This document shows, piece after piece, positions 12,539-22,819 of a DNA stretch of 64,000 bases. The notes below the pieces were generated by a model. The model saw only the letters and a program-made list of their open reading frames with translations, was not told where the DNA came from and did not search any database. Position 1 is the stretch's first letter; each line of letters opens with the position of its first letter. The position numbers and the translations under genes are program-made. This DNA is from Rebecca billardiae RCC1528 (Eukaryota; Protista; Haptophyta), in NCBI GenBank assembly GCA_965240325.2, contig OZ251223.1:3844001-3908000 (forward strand), given 5' to 3'.

Positions 12539-13115
12539 CTGTGGCGGGGCCTCTGCTTCAGGGCGTGTGTCCACGTGGGAGACGGGCGCCATGCCCTCTG
12601 GGCCGTGCACGTCGTGCCAACGTGACTCCGCCTCTCAGTCCCTGGTCACCGCGCGTGATCGCGTCACTCCCCGGCTGGCATCGGCGGCACGGGTGTCTCG
12701 CGGCCCAGTGGCAGCAGTGTCGGGTCCGACGGCGACGGGCCGTCCGAGAATGACTATAATGAGCTTACCGCCTTCGGCCTTACGGCACGGACTGTCACTG
12801 CGGTCTGCGCCCGCGGAGACACGACCCGGACGAATCGTGAGGTTGGTCTCCTAAGGTAGTCTGACCCCGTCGCGCTGGACCCTGAGGCTGAGGCCCGCGG
12901 CCGCGGTGAACCCGCCATCACCCCGGCCCGCCGCGCCCGGTGGCGGTGGCCCCGCCCGCCGGATGGCACCTGCTGACCGCGCGTCGTGCTCATAGGTGGC
13001 TAGCGAACGCGCACATGACCCGAGCGAAAAGGCCGGCTCCGGCTCGGGTTCCTCGCTGGTGCACACGCGGTGGAGGGGCGACAGCTGAAGCATGCACTGC
13101 ATGCAGGTCCAAGCT

Positions 13116-13853
13116 TCACTTGCGGCCGCCCCAGAGGTAGCCCCAGGCACCGGCGAGGGCGGAAGCAGCGATTGAGACAGCCTTGGCGTTGACGCGGCGC
13201 GCGACCACCGTCACGATGATGACCGACGCGACGACGAGAGCGGCCTCGAGCAAGACGGCCCCGAGGCCAGGCCGCTCCCCGGCATCGGCCGGCGGCGCGT
13301 CCTTGCTGGGGGCGTGCTGCTCGTCCTCTGGCTCTGCGGTCTGCACGCTCTCCTGGCGCGACAGGGGCGGGGGGGTCGTCATCCGCGGGCTGGAATCGGT
13401 CGTGTGCTCGCCGTCCGCAACGACGTCGCGCGAGACCAGCACCAGCTTCAGCTCCTCGAGGAGCTTTGCCGGCGCGGCCAGGCTGGCGGGGTCGCGCACG
13501 CGCTCCATCACAGCAGCCTGCACGCGAGGGTCTCCGGCGAGCTCGCGGCCGAGGGAGAGGGCGGCCACGGCCGGCGAGCCGTCTTCGGCCGAGATCCAGC
13601 CGTTGCCCAGGCTCTTGATGCTGTGCGTGCTGCCAGTCGCATCCGCAGTCCGGCCAGAGGCGGCCGCTTCCTTCACCAGCTCGGCGGTCACCTGATCAAG
13701 CTCAGCGTCCGAAATATCCATGGTGGAGATCACGTCGAAGCTGGACGCGAGGCTTGAGGTAGCGTCACATTCCGCTTCGTGCGAGCCGCCCGCCGAAGAC
13801 AGGATCGCCCCGGCCCCACCAACCGCGAGCGCAGCCGCACGCCGGGTCGCCAT
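13116..13853 (-). CDS. Hypothetical membrane protein with C-terminal TM segment(s)
   Basis: ATG 13853 MATRRAAALAVGGAGAIL...; hydrophobic LGAVLLEAALVVASVIIVTVVARR near the C-terminus; coding-like codon bias. Confidence 0.7.
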   Translation of the reverse strand: MATRRAAALAVGGAGAILSSAGGSHEAECDATSSLASSFDVISTMDISDAELDQVTAELVKEAAASGRTADATGSTHSIKSLGNGWISAEDGSPAVAALSLGRELAGDPRVQAAVMERVRDPASLAAPAKLLEELKLVLVSRDVVADGEHTTDSSPRMTTPPPLSRQESVQTAEPEDEQHAPSKDAPPADAGERPGLGAVLLEAALVVASVIIVTVVARRVNAKAVSIAASALAGAWGYLWGGRK

Positions 13854-13995
13854 TTGGGGAAAGCCGGGGGGGGAAGGACCTGTCCCGCCTCCGCCTGGCA
13901 GCCGGCGGCGGCTGCCGCCCCGCCCCGCCGGGATCGATCTCTCCAAAGTAGTCCAAACAGGCGCAGAGCACTGCAGCGGAAGTCCGGTAATGACT

Positions 13996-14060
13996 ACGTA
14001 ATGTACGAATGTACAGTGTTGAGTGTTGAGTGTTGAGTGTTCGGAGTGTTGAGAGTGTAA
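13996..14060. repeat. Short tandem heptamer (GAGTGTT)n, degenerate
   Basis: agtgttgagtgttgagtgttgagtgttcggagtgttgagagtgt immediately before repeat family A. Confidence 0.75.
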
Positions 14061-14093
14061 ACAGCACTACGTACCTGTAGTCCGTAACTCCGG

Positions 14094-14139
14094 TACAGTT
14101 TACTAAGAATAAGAGACGCACACAGCCCAGACAGGCGAG
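14094..14139 (+). mobile_element. Dispersed repeat family A, copy 1 (putative Tc1/mariner-type TIR)
   Basis: TA|CAGTTTACTAAGAATAAGAGACGCACACAGCCCAGACAGGCGAG; 43/46 identical to 22774-22819; inverted copy at 18781-18815. Confidence 0.65.
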
Positions 14140-14530
14140 CACTCGGACGCAGCCGGCGCCGCGCTGCCAGTCGCGCGAAAGTCCGTCCCGAGCCGAGGCT
14201 GACGCGCTGCCAGCTCGGCCGCAGCATCCCGGATGACAGATGCTGCGTAGTCGGATGAAAGATGCCGGATCCCGGGTGGCTGACGGGGTCGCATCACCGG
14301 GCGTCCAGGTAGGCTTCGCAGCTGGCCGTGCCGTGCGAGACCTTCGAACGTTGGCACGGTCGCGAGCGGCAGTCCTCGAGCTGTGCCTGCGAGACCGCAG
14401 TGCGGCCTCCATCTGCGGGCACTCTCGGACGGCCGCTGGCAGGCAAGCCCCAGAACGGCGGAAGACTGGGGCCGTCGCGCGGCTGTGCGTGGCTGCATGC
14501 CTGCCCACCCACGTGCTCAGCTCGCTGGGC

Positions 14531-14974
14531 TTAGAGGCCGGCGCCTTCGCGCAGGCGCCGAATCGTGCTGCGCGTCTGCGCCGCCTGCGCCGTCGCGAGC
14601 ACCCATGCGCCACCAGCCGTGGTCTTCTTGCACCCGGCGCAGTACCAGATGCCCACGGCCTTCCGCTTCACCTGATCCTTACCGCAGAACGCGCAGTTGT
14701 ACTTCGCGTGCTGCGACACCTCCATCTTCTTCACCACCTTCCTCAGCGACGCGCCATAGCGCGTGCCGTACTTGCCGGTGATGCCCACCTTCTTCGTGCG
14801 CTTGTTCACCTGCGCAGAGGGTCAAGGCGGCGGCGCGCGGGCGCGAGGGCGGGCGCGGCCAGCATGAGCACGTCGGCAGCTCGGCACGCGACGGCGTGCG
14901 CCCGCCGTCCACGCATCCCGCGAAACATCGCCGCCCCGGCGAGAAGCGGGGTGGCGTGGGCTCGCTCGCACCAT
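14531..14974 (-). CDS. RPL37A: 60S ribosomal protein L37a (eL43). Exon 1 is the ATG only (14974-14972), intron 14971-14810, exon 2 14809-14531
   Basis: [22 protein letters not shown]...CAFCGK...[19 protein letters not shown]|GTGCGA donor and GCGCAG|GTG acceptor. Confidence 0.97.
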
Positions 14975-15095
14975 GGCTCCACCGCTCCACGGCACGCACG
15001 AGCTACGTGGAGCGTCCCGGACCCCGGTGCAGGCCGGGTTGGCATCCGGACCGCGTGCTCGCGGCGGCGTGCCACTGGGTGTCGCTTTCGCTGTG

Positions 15096-17434
15096 ATGGC
15101 GGGCGGACGCAAGGCCTCGACGAGCGGCGGCGGTGGCGGCGCCGCGTCGACGGATCTGAAGCAGGTCGAGAAGCTGCAGGCGGTGATCCTCGCGGACAGT
15201 AGCGCGCGCAAGCTCCGACCCGCCACCTTCGACACGCCCAAGGCGCTGATGCCCCTCGCCAACACGCCGCTGATTGAGTACACGCTCGAGACGCTGTGCG
15301 CGGGCGGCGTCGAGGAGGTGTTCGTCTTCTGCTGCCACCGCGCGGACGCGGTGGAGGCGTACCTGCGCACGGTCGAGCCGCGCTTCGCCCCCGCCGTCCT
15401 CCGCTGCATCGCCTCGCGCGCGCCGTGCTACTCCGCCGGCGACGCGCTGCGCGAGGTGTACGAGGCGAACGTGATCCAGGGCGACTTTGTGCTCGCCGCG
15501 GGCGACGCGGTGACGAACGTGTCGCTGCCGGCGCTCCTCGCGGCGCACCGCGCGGCGCGCGAGGTCGACAAGAACGTCCTGCTCACCGCCACCTTCTGCC
15601 GCGTCCCCCTCAACCACCGCGCGCGCGCGGCGGGCGACACGGCCGTGCTCGCCATCCGCGAGTCGAGCGGCCAGCTGCTGCACTACGAGCCTCTGCCCGG
15701 CGGGCTGGGCGGCTCGGGCGCGGGGGGCGCGCACGCGCAGCGCGTGGCGATCCCGACGGAGGTGCTCGCCCCCGCGCCGCCGAGCGGCGCCGCCGCCGCC
15801 GCCGCCGCCGCCGCGTGCGCCGACGGCGCGGAGGGCGTGTCGGTGCGCGTTGACCTGCTGGACGTGCGGCTGGACGTGTGCACGCACGAGGTCCTCACGC
15901 TGCTCGTGGACAACTTCGACTGGAGCGACCTGCGCGCGGACATGCTGGTGAGCGTGCTCGGCTCGGACATCCTGGGCAAGACCGTCCACGCCCACGAGAT
16001 CTCCGCCGCCTCCACCGCGCCGCGCGGCTCCGCGCCGTTTGCGGCGCGCTGCGCCGACTGGCGCACGTTTGCCGAGCTCTCTGCAGACGTGCTCGCGCGC
16101 TGGGCGTTCCCGCTCACGCCCGACGCGAACCTGCTGGGCTCGATGGACGGCGTGCCGGGGCAGCCGGGCTACCCGCCCGCCTCGCCGCCCGCCGACTCGC
16201 CCGCCGCGCCCGCCGCGCCCGTCACGCCGCCCGACGCGCCGGGCGGCGTGCGCACGACCTACCGGCTGGCGCGCGGCAACGCCTACATCGAGGTGGGCGT
16301 CGGGCTTGCGCGCTCCGCGTCGATCGGCGTGCGCGTGGCGCTCGGAGGCGGGACGGTGGTGGGCGCGGACGCGCGCGTGACGCGCTCTGTCGTGGGCCGG
16401 CGCTGCTGCATCAGCGCCGGCGCCACCGTCGTCGACTCGATGCTCTGGGCCGGCGTGCTCGTCGGCGAGCGCGCGACGGTGCGCGGCGCCGTGCTCTGCG
16501 ACGGCGTCGTCGTGGGCGCGGGCGCGACCGTGCCGGAGGGCTGCGTGCTCGGCCGCGGCGTGGTGGTCGGCGCGGGGGCGAGCCTCGTGCCCCGGACGCT
16601 GTACACGCGGCACGCCGCGCACGCGGCGAAGGGCGGCGGCGCCGCCGACGCGGCCTCCGACGCCGCGCCCTCGTGGGCGGAGGGCGCGGACGACGACGAC
16701 GACGCGTTCAGCGACGACGACGCGGACGACAAGGCGAGCGCGAGCGTCGCGGACGCGGCGCCGGCGCCGGAGCTGGGCGAGCACGGGCTGGGGTTCGTGC
16801 ACGGCGTGGTCGGCGCGTACATGGCGCACGCGTGCGCCCGCCCGCCCGCCCGCCCGCCCGTCGAGCCCGAGCTCTCCGACGACGGCTCGGACGAGCTGGA
16901 CGAGGGCGGCAGCGGCGCGGACGCCTTCGACGAGAACGCGCTCGACATCCTCGGCGGCATGCTCGAGGAGGGGTGCGCGAGGGGGCGCGGCGCGGCGCGG
17001 CGGGCGCGCGCGCGCGTCTCACGCCCGCCCGCCCCCGCTCCTTTGCGCGCCGCGCCCGCCCCAGCAACGCCGTGGACAACATCGTGCTCGAGGTGAACGC
17101 GCTCAAGTTTGCGTACAACCGCACGGTGGCGGACTGCGCGGCGGTGGCCGTGCGCGCGATCCTGGCGCACGCGCGCGCGCTGAGCGCGGCCGACGGCGCG
17201 GGTGGTGCCTCCGCGGACGGCCCCGCGCGCAAGGCCACCCTGCTGCAGCTCAAGAAGACCGTCAAGCGATGGGCGCCGCTGCTCGCGCGCTACGTCACCT
17301 CTGAGCCGGACCAGGCCGAGCTCATCCGCGCCGTCGAGGTGCGGCGGCCGAGCGAGGGCGCGCGGAGCTGGCGGCGCGGTGCCCGAGCTCACGCGCGACG
17401 CCGCCCTCCTGCCCCCTCCGCTCCCCCCTCCCCG

Positions 17435-17467
<33 letters not shown>

Positions 17468-17726
17468 CGCGCCGCGCGCTGGGCCGCAGGAGCTGGCCGA
17501 GCCGCTGCCGTGGACGGCGGAGCTCTTCCAGTACGTGCTGCACGCGCTGTACGACGAGGACGTGCTGGGCGAGGACGCCATCCTGCACTGGGCCGACGAG
17601 GCCGCAGCGTGTGCGCAGCCGGCTGGCAGCGCGCGGGCCGCACGCGTCAAAGCGTGCGAGCAGTTCCTCACGTGGCTGCGCGAGGCTGACGAGGAGGAGG
17701 AGGACTCCGACGAGGATGACGATTGA
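15096..17726 (+). CDS. EIF2B5: Translation initiation factor eIF2B subunit epsilon
   Basis: LQAVILADS..RPATFDTPKALMPLANTPLIEYTLETL, DNFDW, RWAFPLTPD, hexapeptide LbH repeats, W2 domain DNIVLEVNALKFAYN and LYDEDVLGEDAILHW...FLTWLREADEEEEDSD. Introns 16973-17064 and 17339-17489. Confidence 0.95.
17436..17466. repeat. Poly-C tract (31 nt) inside an eIF2B-epsilon intron
   Basis: Uninterrupted C run. Confidence 0.9.
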
Positions 17727-18165
17727 GGACAGCGAGCCATAGATGCGGTCGCAACGCTGCGCGCGGCCTGGCTCGAACTGGAACCTTGGGTCCGGAACCT
17801 GGCTGCCCGAGGCAAGGCGCACTGTGGCATCAGATCGTGTCCCGGGCGGCACTGATGAGAAAGCTCACAGGTCATCTGCTATATACTAGCTACGACAGTA
17901 TTAATATTATATTTGAGACCGGACGAGACCGTCGGACCGCCGGCGCCGATACCGATTAGTGCTGCGCGATAACATTAACAGCGCAGTCGTCGTCCGGCGG
18001 CGGGCGGCCGAGTAAGCGGCATCAGAGTCTGAGTCTCAACGCAGTACATCATAGCACGGTACCGGCGTCACTAGTACTGGCAGCGTCAGTACCGAGTTCG
18101 TCGGACGAGTAAGTACGGTCGGCCGCCCGTATAGTTACACGCACTTATTATAATACAGCGTATGA

Positions 18166-18167
<2 letters not shown>

Positions 18168-18242
<75 letters not shown>

Positions 18243-18278
18243 ATATATATATATATATATGTATATATATGTATATAT

Positions 18279-18321
<43 letters not shown>
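18168..18321. repeat. Compound (TG)n/(TATG)n/(TA)n microsatellite
   Basis: Seen directly. Confidence 0.97.
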
Positions 18322-18322
<1 letters not shown>

Positions 18323-18780
18323 GGCATGGAGCCAGGTGTCCTGAATCACTGGGCGTGGGTCGGCCCGCTACTCGCGATCCTCGGCGAGAGCATCCGATCG
18401 CTCCTGAATCACGCGCGGGCGCAGGGCTGCCGCGTCACCTGTCACTGCGGCGGCGACGATATATATATATTGATACTCCGTGTCCGACTCGGAGCCCGCG
18501 CGAGACGGTCAGCGGCCGACTAGCCGCCGCCAGTTGCAACGGCTCGGAGTCTGACGCCGCCGCTCCTGCGCTGTCTGCAGAGCCTAGCTACCGCGGTAAT
18601 AAGTACTCGCGGATTCGAATAATCGTATTCCGACGGCGAGCCGACTCCTAGTCCTGCCTACCATGATACAACTTACCATGTGATCCCCATCGCCGGCGGC
18701 GACGGGCATCAGTTCACATCGCGGGTCAGGCGGTGACAGTTCGGGCCGCGCGGGGCGTCAATCAGTCGCCTCAGTCTGCC

Positions 18781-18815
18781 GCTGTGTGCGTCTCTTATTC
18801 GTCTTAGTAAACTGT
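18781..18815 (-). mobile_element. Dispersed repeat family A, copy 2 (inverted, with a 3-nt insertion)
   Basis: GCTGTGTGCGTCTCTTATTC[GTC]TTAGTAAACTGT is the reverse complement of family A plus an insertion. Confidence 0.6.
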
Positions 18816-20689
18816 CGTTAGTATGTATGTTGATTATTGTGGTTATCCGATCAGTAGCGGCAGTCCGGCTGGAGTCGGAGTTGACGGCCGCCGTCTCACG
18901 AGCCACGAGGAGAGGACACTTAGACAGTAGTCTGGACAGCGAGGAGTCGGCGAGGACGGCCCGTCTGCCAACTGCCGTCAGCGGACAGCGGTCAGGCCCG
19001 GCCGGGATATCTAATTGTTTCGGCAGTAGTGTCGTCATCGATTCGCACATATTATATTTCGCAGGTGCGGCGCTACAGAGTCAGAATTCCGGCCCGCCGA
19101 CCCGCGCCTCAGCAGAGTAACTACTGCTACGACCATAGTACTATGACACTACCGTCGTGCTACGGTCCTGATTATCAACACCGCCGCCGGACTCAGAGTG
19201 CAAGCTCATGCAGCAGCGTCTGTCATCCGCGGTGCCGCGCCGCAGACTGAGAGGCGAGTCTAAAGTGAGACTCGCAAGCTGTAATCATGACTTGACACTC
19301 ACACTCGGCTTAATCACGCACCTGTCTGTCGCTGTACCGTCAATAACTTACCGCAGGTGCAGCGTGCCGCAAGCAAGGAGCCCACGCGACGCCCCTACAG
19401 TACGCCAAGTGTGACTGCGTGATGCACGCGTGACCGGGCAGGTGTGCGAGTTCACGGGGCGACCAGTCTGCGCCTCTGAGGCCAACGTGCGCAGATGAAG
19501 ATCAAAGCGCGCAGTACGGTCAGCGTATTTTGTTGTCCGATATTGCCACACCGCTTACAACCATCTCGACTCGGATCGCGCGCCTACTTGAAGCAGCTGC
19601 AAGGTCAGCAAGGAGTGCACTCGGAGGAGCAGCTCTTTGGGCAGCCATTTCAACCTGGCGCGTGGACGGCCTGACGGGCAAAATAATAGTAGCAGTAATT
19701 CAATGATGAGTATCACGGTGTTATGGGTATACAACATAGGCCCATACAAGCGATGATGAGTATAATACAGATATGCAAATTGTTCAAGATGGTCATCTCG
19801 AGATGAATTCTGGTCCGTGTGACTTGTGCTCGGGCTTGCTTCAGCCAAGTGTCCGGATGCTATGATATTGGTTGAATCATTCAGATTTTTGAATGAAGAG
19901 CACATCCGTTTTGAAGGTGACGATGGCGGAGGTGAATCGATTATAACGCATCACATGGTGCAAAGCGTCGGAGATATAGTCGGTGGTCGTGACCTCGCAC
20001 CTTCAGATACGATGATTCAGTAACATCTCGGGGGTCCTATCGGCGTCTTCACAACGGCGGGTGCGACCCCGCTCGCCACTCCCCGAGCGCGCTCTCCCAT
20101 AATTACATAGTTGTGATGAGGACGTGCAAGAGGCAGAATTAAAACTAACCCAATCCATCAACTTAAAAAACGAGTTTCTATGATTCTGATACGAGGAATT
20201 CTCACCTATCCTATTGTGGCATGATGTTTGACGGTTTTGGTAATCAAGAGGTGGACCCAGGGTGGACCTTGGTGTGCTACCGGCTGCTAGTAAATTCAGG
20301 TTTTGACGTGGTTTATTGCAGAACTTCAACCACCGCTATCAACCTATCACGTGTGATCACCCCGATAACGTTCGAAACATGTTGAGTTAAACACAGATTC
20401 ATGAAGTCCGTATTTGCAAGATGGGCGATCTCGAGGATGTACACTAATCAGGCGATTGTAAAACAACGCTTCGACACACAGTTGCGGGTAGACCGCGGGC
20501 AAGTGCCCCCCCCCCGCCACCCGCATCTTCTACAATAATGCCCACACAACCCGGGTCGCAACTCAAGTCGGGCACCCCGAAAGCTTGAGAGCTCCCCCTT
20601 CGTTGTGGCCCGCAAGCTCTGGACCAGTGGACCCCGACCTAGCACACGACCCAGCTGGACTTCTCTCGCGACGCGCCCCGAGGGGAGAC

Positions 20690-22006
20690 ATGACCACCAG
20701 ATCGGATGAGGCCGCTGACGACGTGGAGGACGTGAAAGACCACGCAATGCAGCACGACGACACTACACCCGCTGCGCGCACACCCGCCACCGATGCGACA
20801 GAGGGCACGGTGGCGCACGGCGGTGGCAGCGCGGTCGACAACGTCAATGATGACGGCGACAATGACGACGAGGACGACGAGGAAGACGAGGACGACGAGG
20901 ACGCGAAGAGTGCTGATGCGGATGGAGCCAAGCCAGGCGACGCCGAGGGTGCGCGCCCGCGCAGCCTGTACGTTGGTGTCGAGCGCAGCGGCAAGAAGCG
21001 CAACAAGTGGGCGGCGACGTGCTACTGGAACGGCAAGCAGGTCCACCTCGGCAACTTCATCGATGAGGACACGGCCGCGCTCGCCTACGACTCGTTCGTG
21101 CGCGAGAAGAAGCTCCAGCGCCGCGTCAACTTCCCCGAGGGCCGCGACCGCCGGAGCGTGACCGCCCTCGGCGGCACGGCGCCCGTGAAGACGCGAAACA
21201 CGCGCAAGACGGCGAGCCGGTACGTGGGCGTCCACCACTCGGCGTCGAACCCGAATCGGCCTTGGCGAGCGTCGTGCATGCTCAAGCGCCGGCATAACCA
21301 CCTGGGCGTGTTCGCGACGGAGAAGGAAGCCGCCCTTGCCTACGACATGTTCGTGCGCGAGCATCGCCTCGACCGTGAGCTCAACTTTCCCGAGCTCGCC
21401 TGCCAGCCGATGCACGCGCCCGGCCAGATGGCGCTCCCTCACCATGCGTGGGGCATGCAGGCGGCGTACACGATGACGCCGGGTTCTGCGTGCGTCGGTC
21501 CGGGGGCATACAGCTACCCGCTGGCACCACCGGGGCACACCATGCTGCCGCCCGTGCAGGCGATGGCGCACTGCGCGCTGCCAGTCCCGCACTTCACGCG
21601 CAGCCCCGGCGGCGAGGGCTGGCCCGCCGCCATGCAGCCGGCCATGGGCGTCACGCCTGTCGGGCCGGGCGGCGGGCTCCCCTCCGCCGGCACGACCTCC
21701 TACGTGCTCCCCATGCACATGCACGCGCAGCAGCAGCCGTCAATGGTGACGCATCACACCTACTCGCCTGCTCCGCCCTTCCCCACCACACTCCCGACTC
21801 CAGGCGCCAGCAGTCAGCCGCACCTGATGACGACGGTCGCGCCTTTGCCGTATTGGCATCGGCACTCGGCGGCGCTCCCACAGCCGCAGCATTCGCATCC
21901 ACCGCCGCCGCAGCTCCATGGGTCGATGGCCCACTGCAGCCTGGTCCACATGCCCGCCGCACTGCAGCCGCACCACCAGCCGGGCGAGCAGCCGTCGTCT
22001 GGCTGA
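20690..22006 (+). CDS. Double AP2/ERF-domain transcription factor
   Basis: Two AP2 domains: SLYVGV...WAA..HLGNFIDEDTAALAYD...NFP and SRYVGV...WRA..HLGVFATEKEAALAYD...LNFP. Acidic N-terminus, Pro/His/Gln-rich C-terminus, no introns. Confidence 0.92.
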   Translation: MTTRSDEAADDVEDVKDHAMQHDDTTPAARTPATDATEGTVAHGGGSAVDNVNDDGDNDDEDDEEDEDDEDAKSADADGAKPGDAEGARPRSLYVGVERSGKKRNKWAATCYWNGKQVHLGNFIDEDTAALAYDSFVREKKLQRRVNFPEGRDRRSVTALGGTAPVKTRNTRKTASRYVGVHHSASNPNRPWRASCMLKRRHNHLGVFATEKEAALAYDMFVREHRLDRELNFPELACQPMHAPGQMALPHHAWGMQAAYTMTPGSACVGPGAYSYPLAPPGHTMLPPVQAMAHCALPVPHFTRSPGGEGWPAAMQPAMGVTPVGPGGGLPSAGTTSYVLPMHMHAQQQPSMVTHHTYSPAPPFPTTLPTPGASSQPHLMTTVAPLPYWHRHSAALPQPQHSHPPPPQLHGSMAHCSLVHMPAALQPHHQPGEQPSSG

Positions 22007-22773
22007 CCGCGGCCCGGCGGCATCCGACGGTGGGCTCCGGTCACTGTCCGGGACGTCCAGCAGGGGTGCATTCAGACTCTCTGGGGGGTTCTGGGGGGGG
22101 GCTCCCCCCAACCGATCGAAGGACCAAATACGCCTCAATAAGGCCCCATCAACTCGCCAGAATTCGCATAGCAGACCGTGTTCGCCGCGGCCTGGTCTCA
22201 CCCGGTGACACTAACTAGTAACTACTGTTAACTAGTACCGTCATCGGTGACATTTAGACCGACTGGCTATGAGGAGTCAGTCAGGAGGCACGGTGTGATT
22301 GATGCAGTGTGAGCAGTCTCGGGCAGTGTCCGTCACCGAGTCGTGAACACTGACAGTCCGTGTCCGTGGCACTCTATTATTATATTATAATATTACTAGA
22401 ATATTATTATAACTAGATGACTCTGTGACGTCAGATAGTATTAGTAAGACCGAGACACTCACTCTCCGGTCCGTCCGTGAGGCGTGCTAGACTGTCTGTA
22501 GACTGAGTCAGAAGACAATACAGAAGTGATATAAGTGGCAGACTCACATTGTAGAGTAATGAGACCGTCTTAGGAGTGAGACTGAGAGAGTGAGAGACGC
22601 GGTCCGCGCGCGGCCGCGAGGCGCGAGCGCGGTGACTTCACTCTTCAGTCTTCACCTGGTGTGAGTCCGGCCTGCGGGCCGCGTGGCGCGGACGCCGTGA
22701 GGCGTGACGGACGCGGTCGTGCCCCTGGGCCTGGCACGCCGCACGGAGTGAGACGGAGTGACGGCGCCGGGAC

Positions 22774-22819
22774 TACAGTTTACTAAAAATAAGAGACGCA
22801 CACAGCTCAGGCAGGCGAG
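22774..22819 (+). mobile_element. Dispersed repeat family A, copy 3
   Basis: TA|CAGTTTACTAAAAATAAGAGACGCACACAGCTCAGGCAGGCGAG. Confidence 0.65.

Noticed and set aside
1751-12753. Very long Arg/Ala-rich ORFs (e.g. 1775..6124, 3088..6231, 6455..9463, 6711..11483)
   Set aside because: Alternative-frame or antisense shadows of the ARM and CFAP43 genes, caused by stop-codon scarcity at extreme GC. Only short exonic portions are real.
14106-14120. ATAAGAGAC resembling the Tn5/Nextera mosaic end
   Set aside because: Only 9 nt match, and the conserved unit extends to 46 bp with its own substitutions, so it is a genomic repeat rather than adapter contamination.
18086-18651. ORFs encoding CV/YI/HT repeats
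   Set aside because: Translations of microsatellites.
19700-19800. Box C-like ATGATGA motifs suggesting a C/D snoRNA
   Set aside because: No suitably placed CTGA box D or terminal stem.
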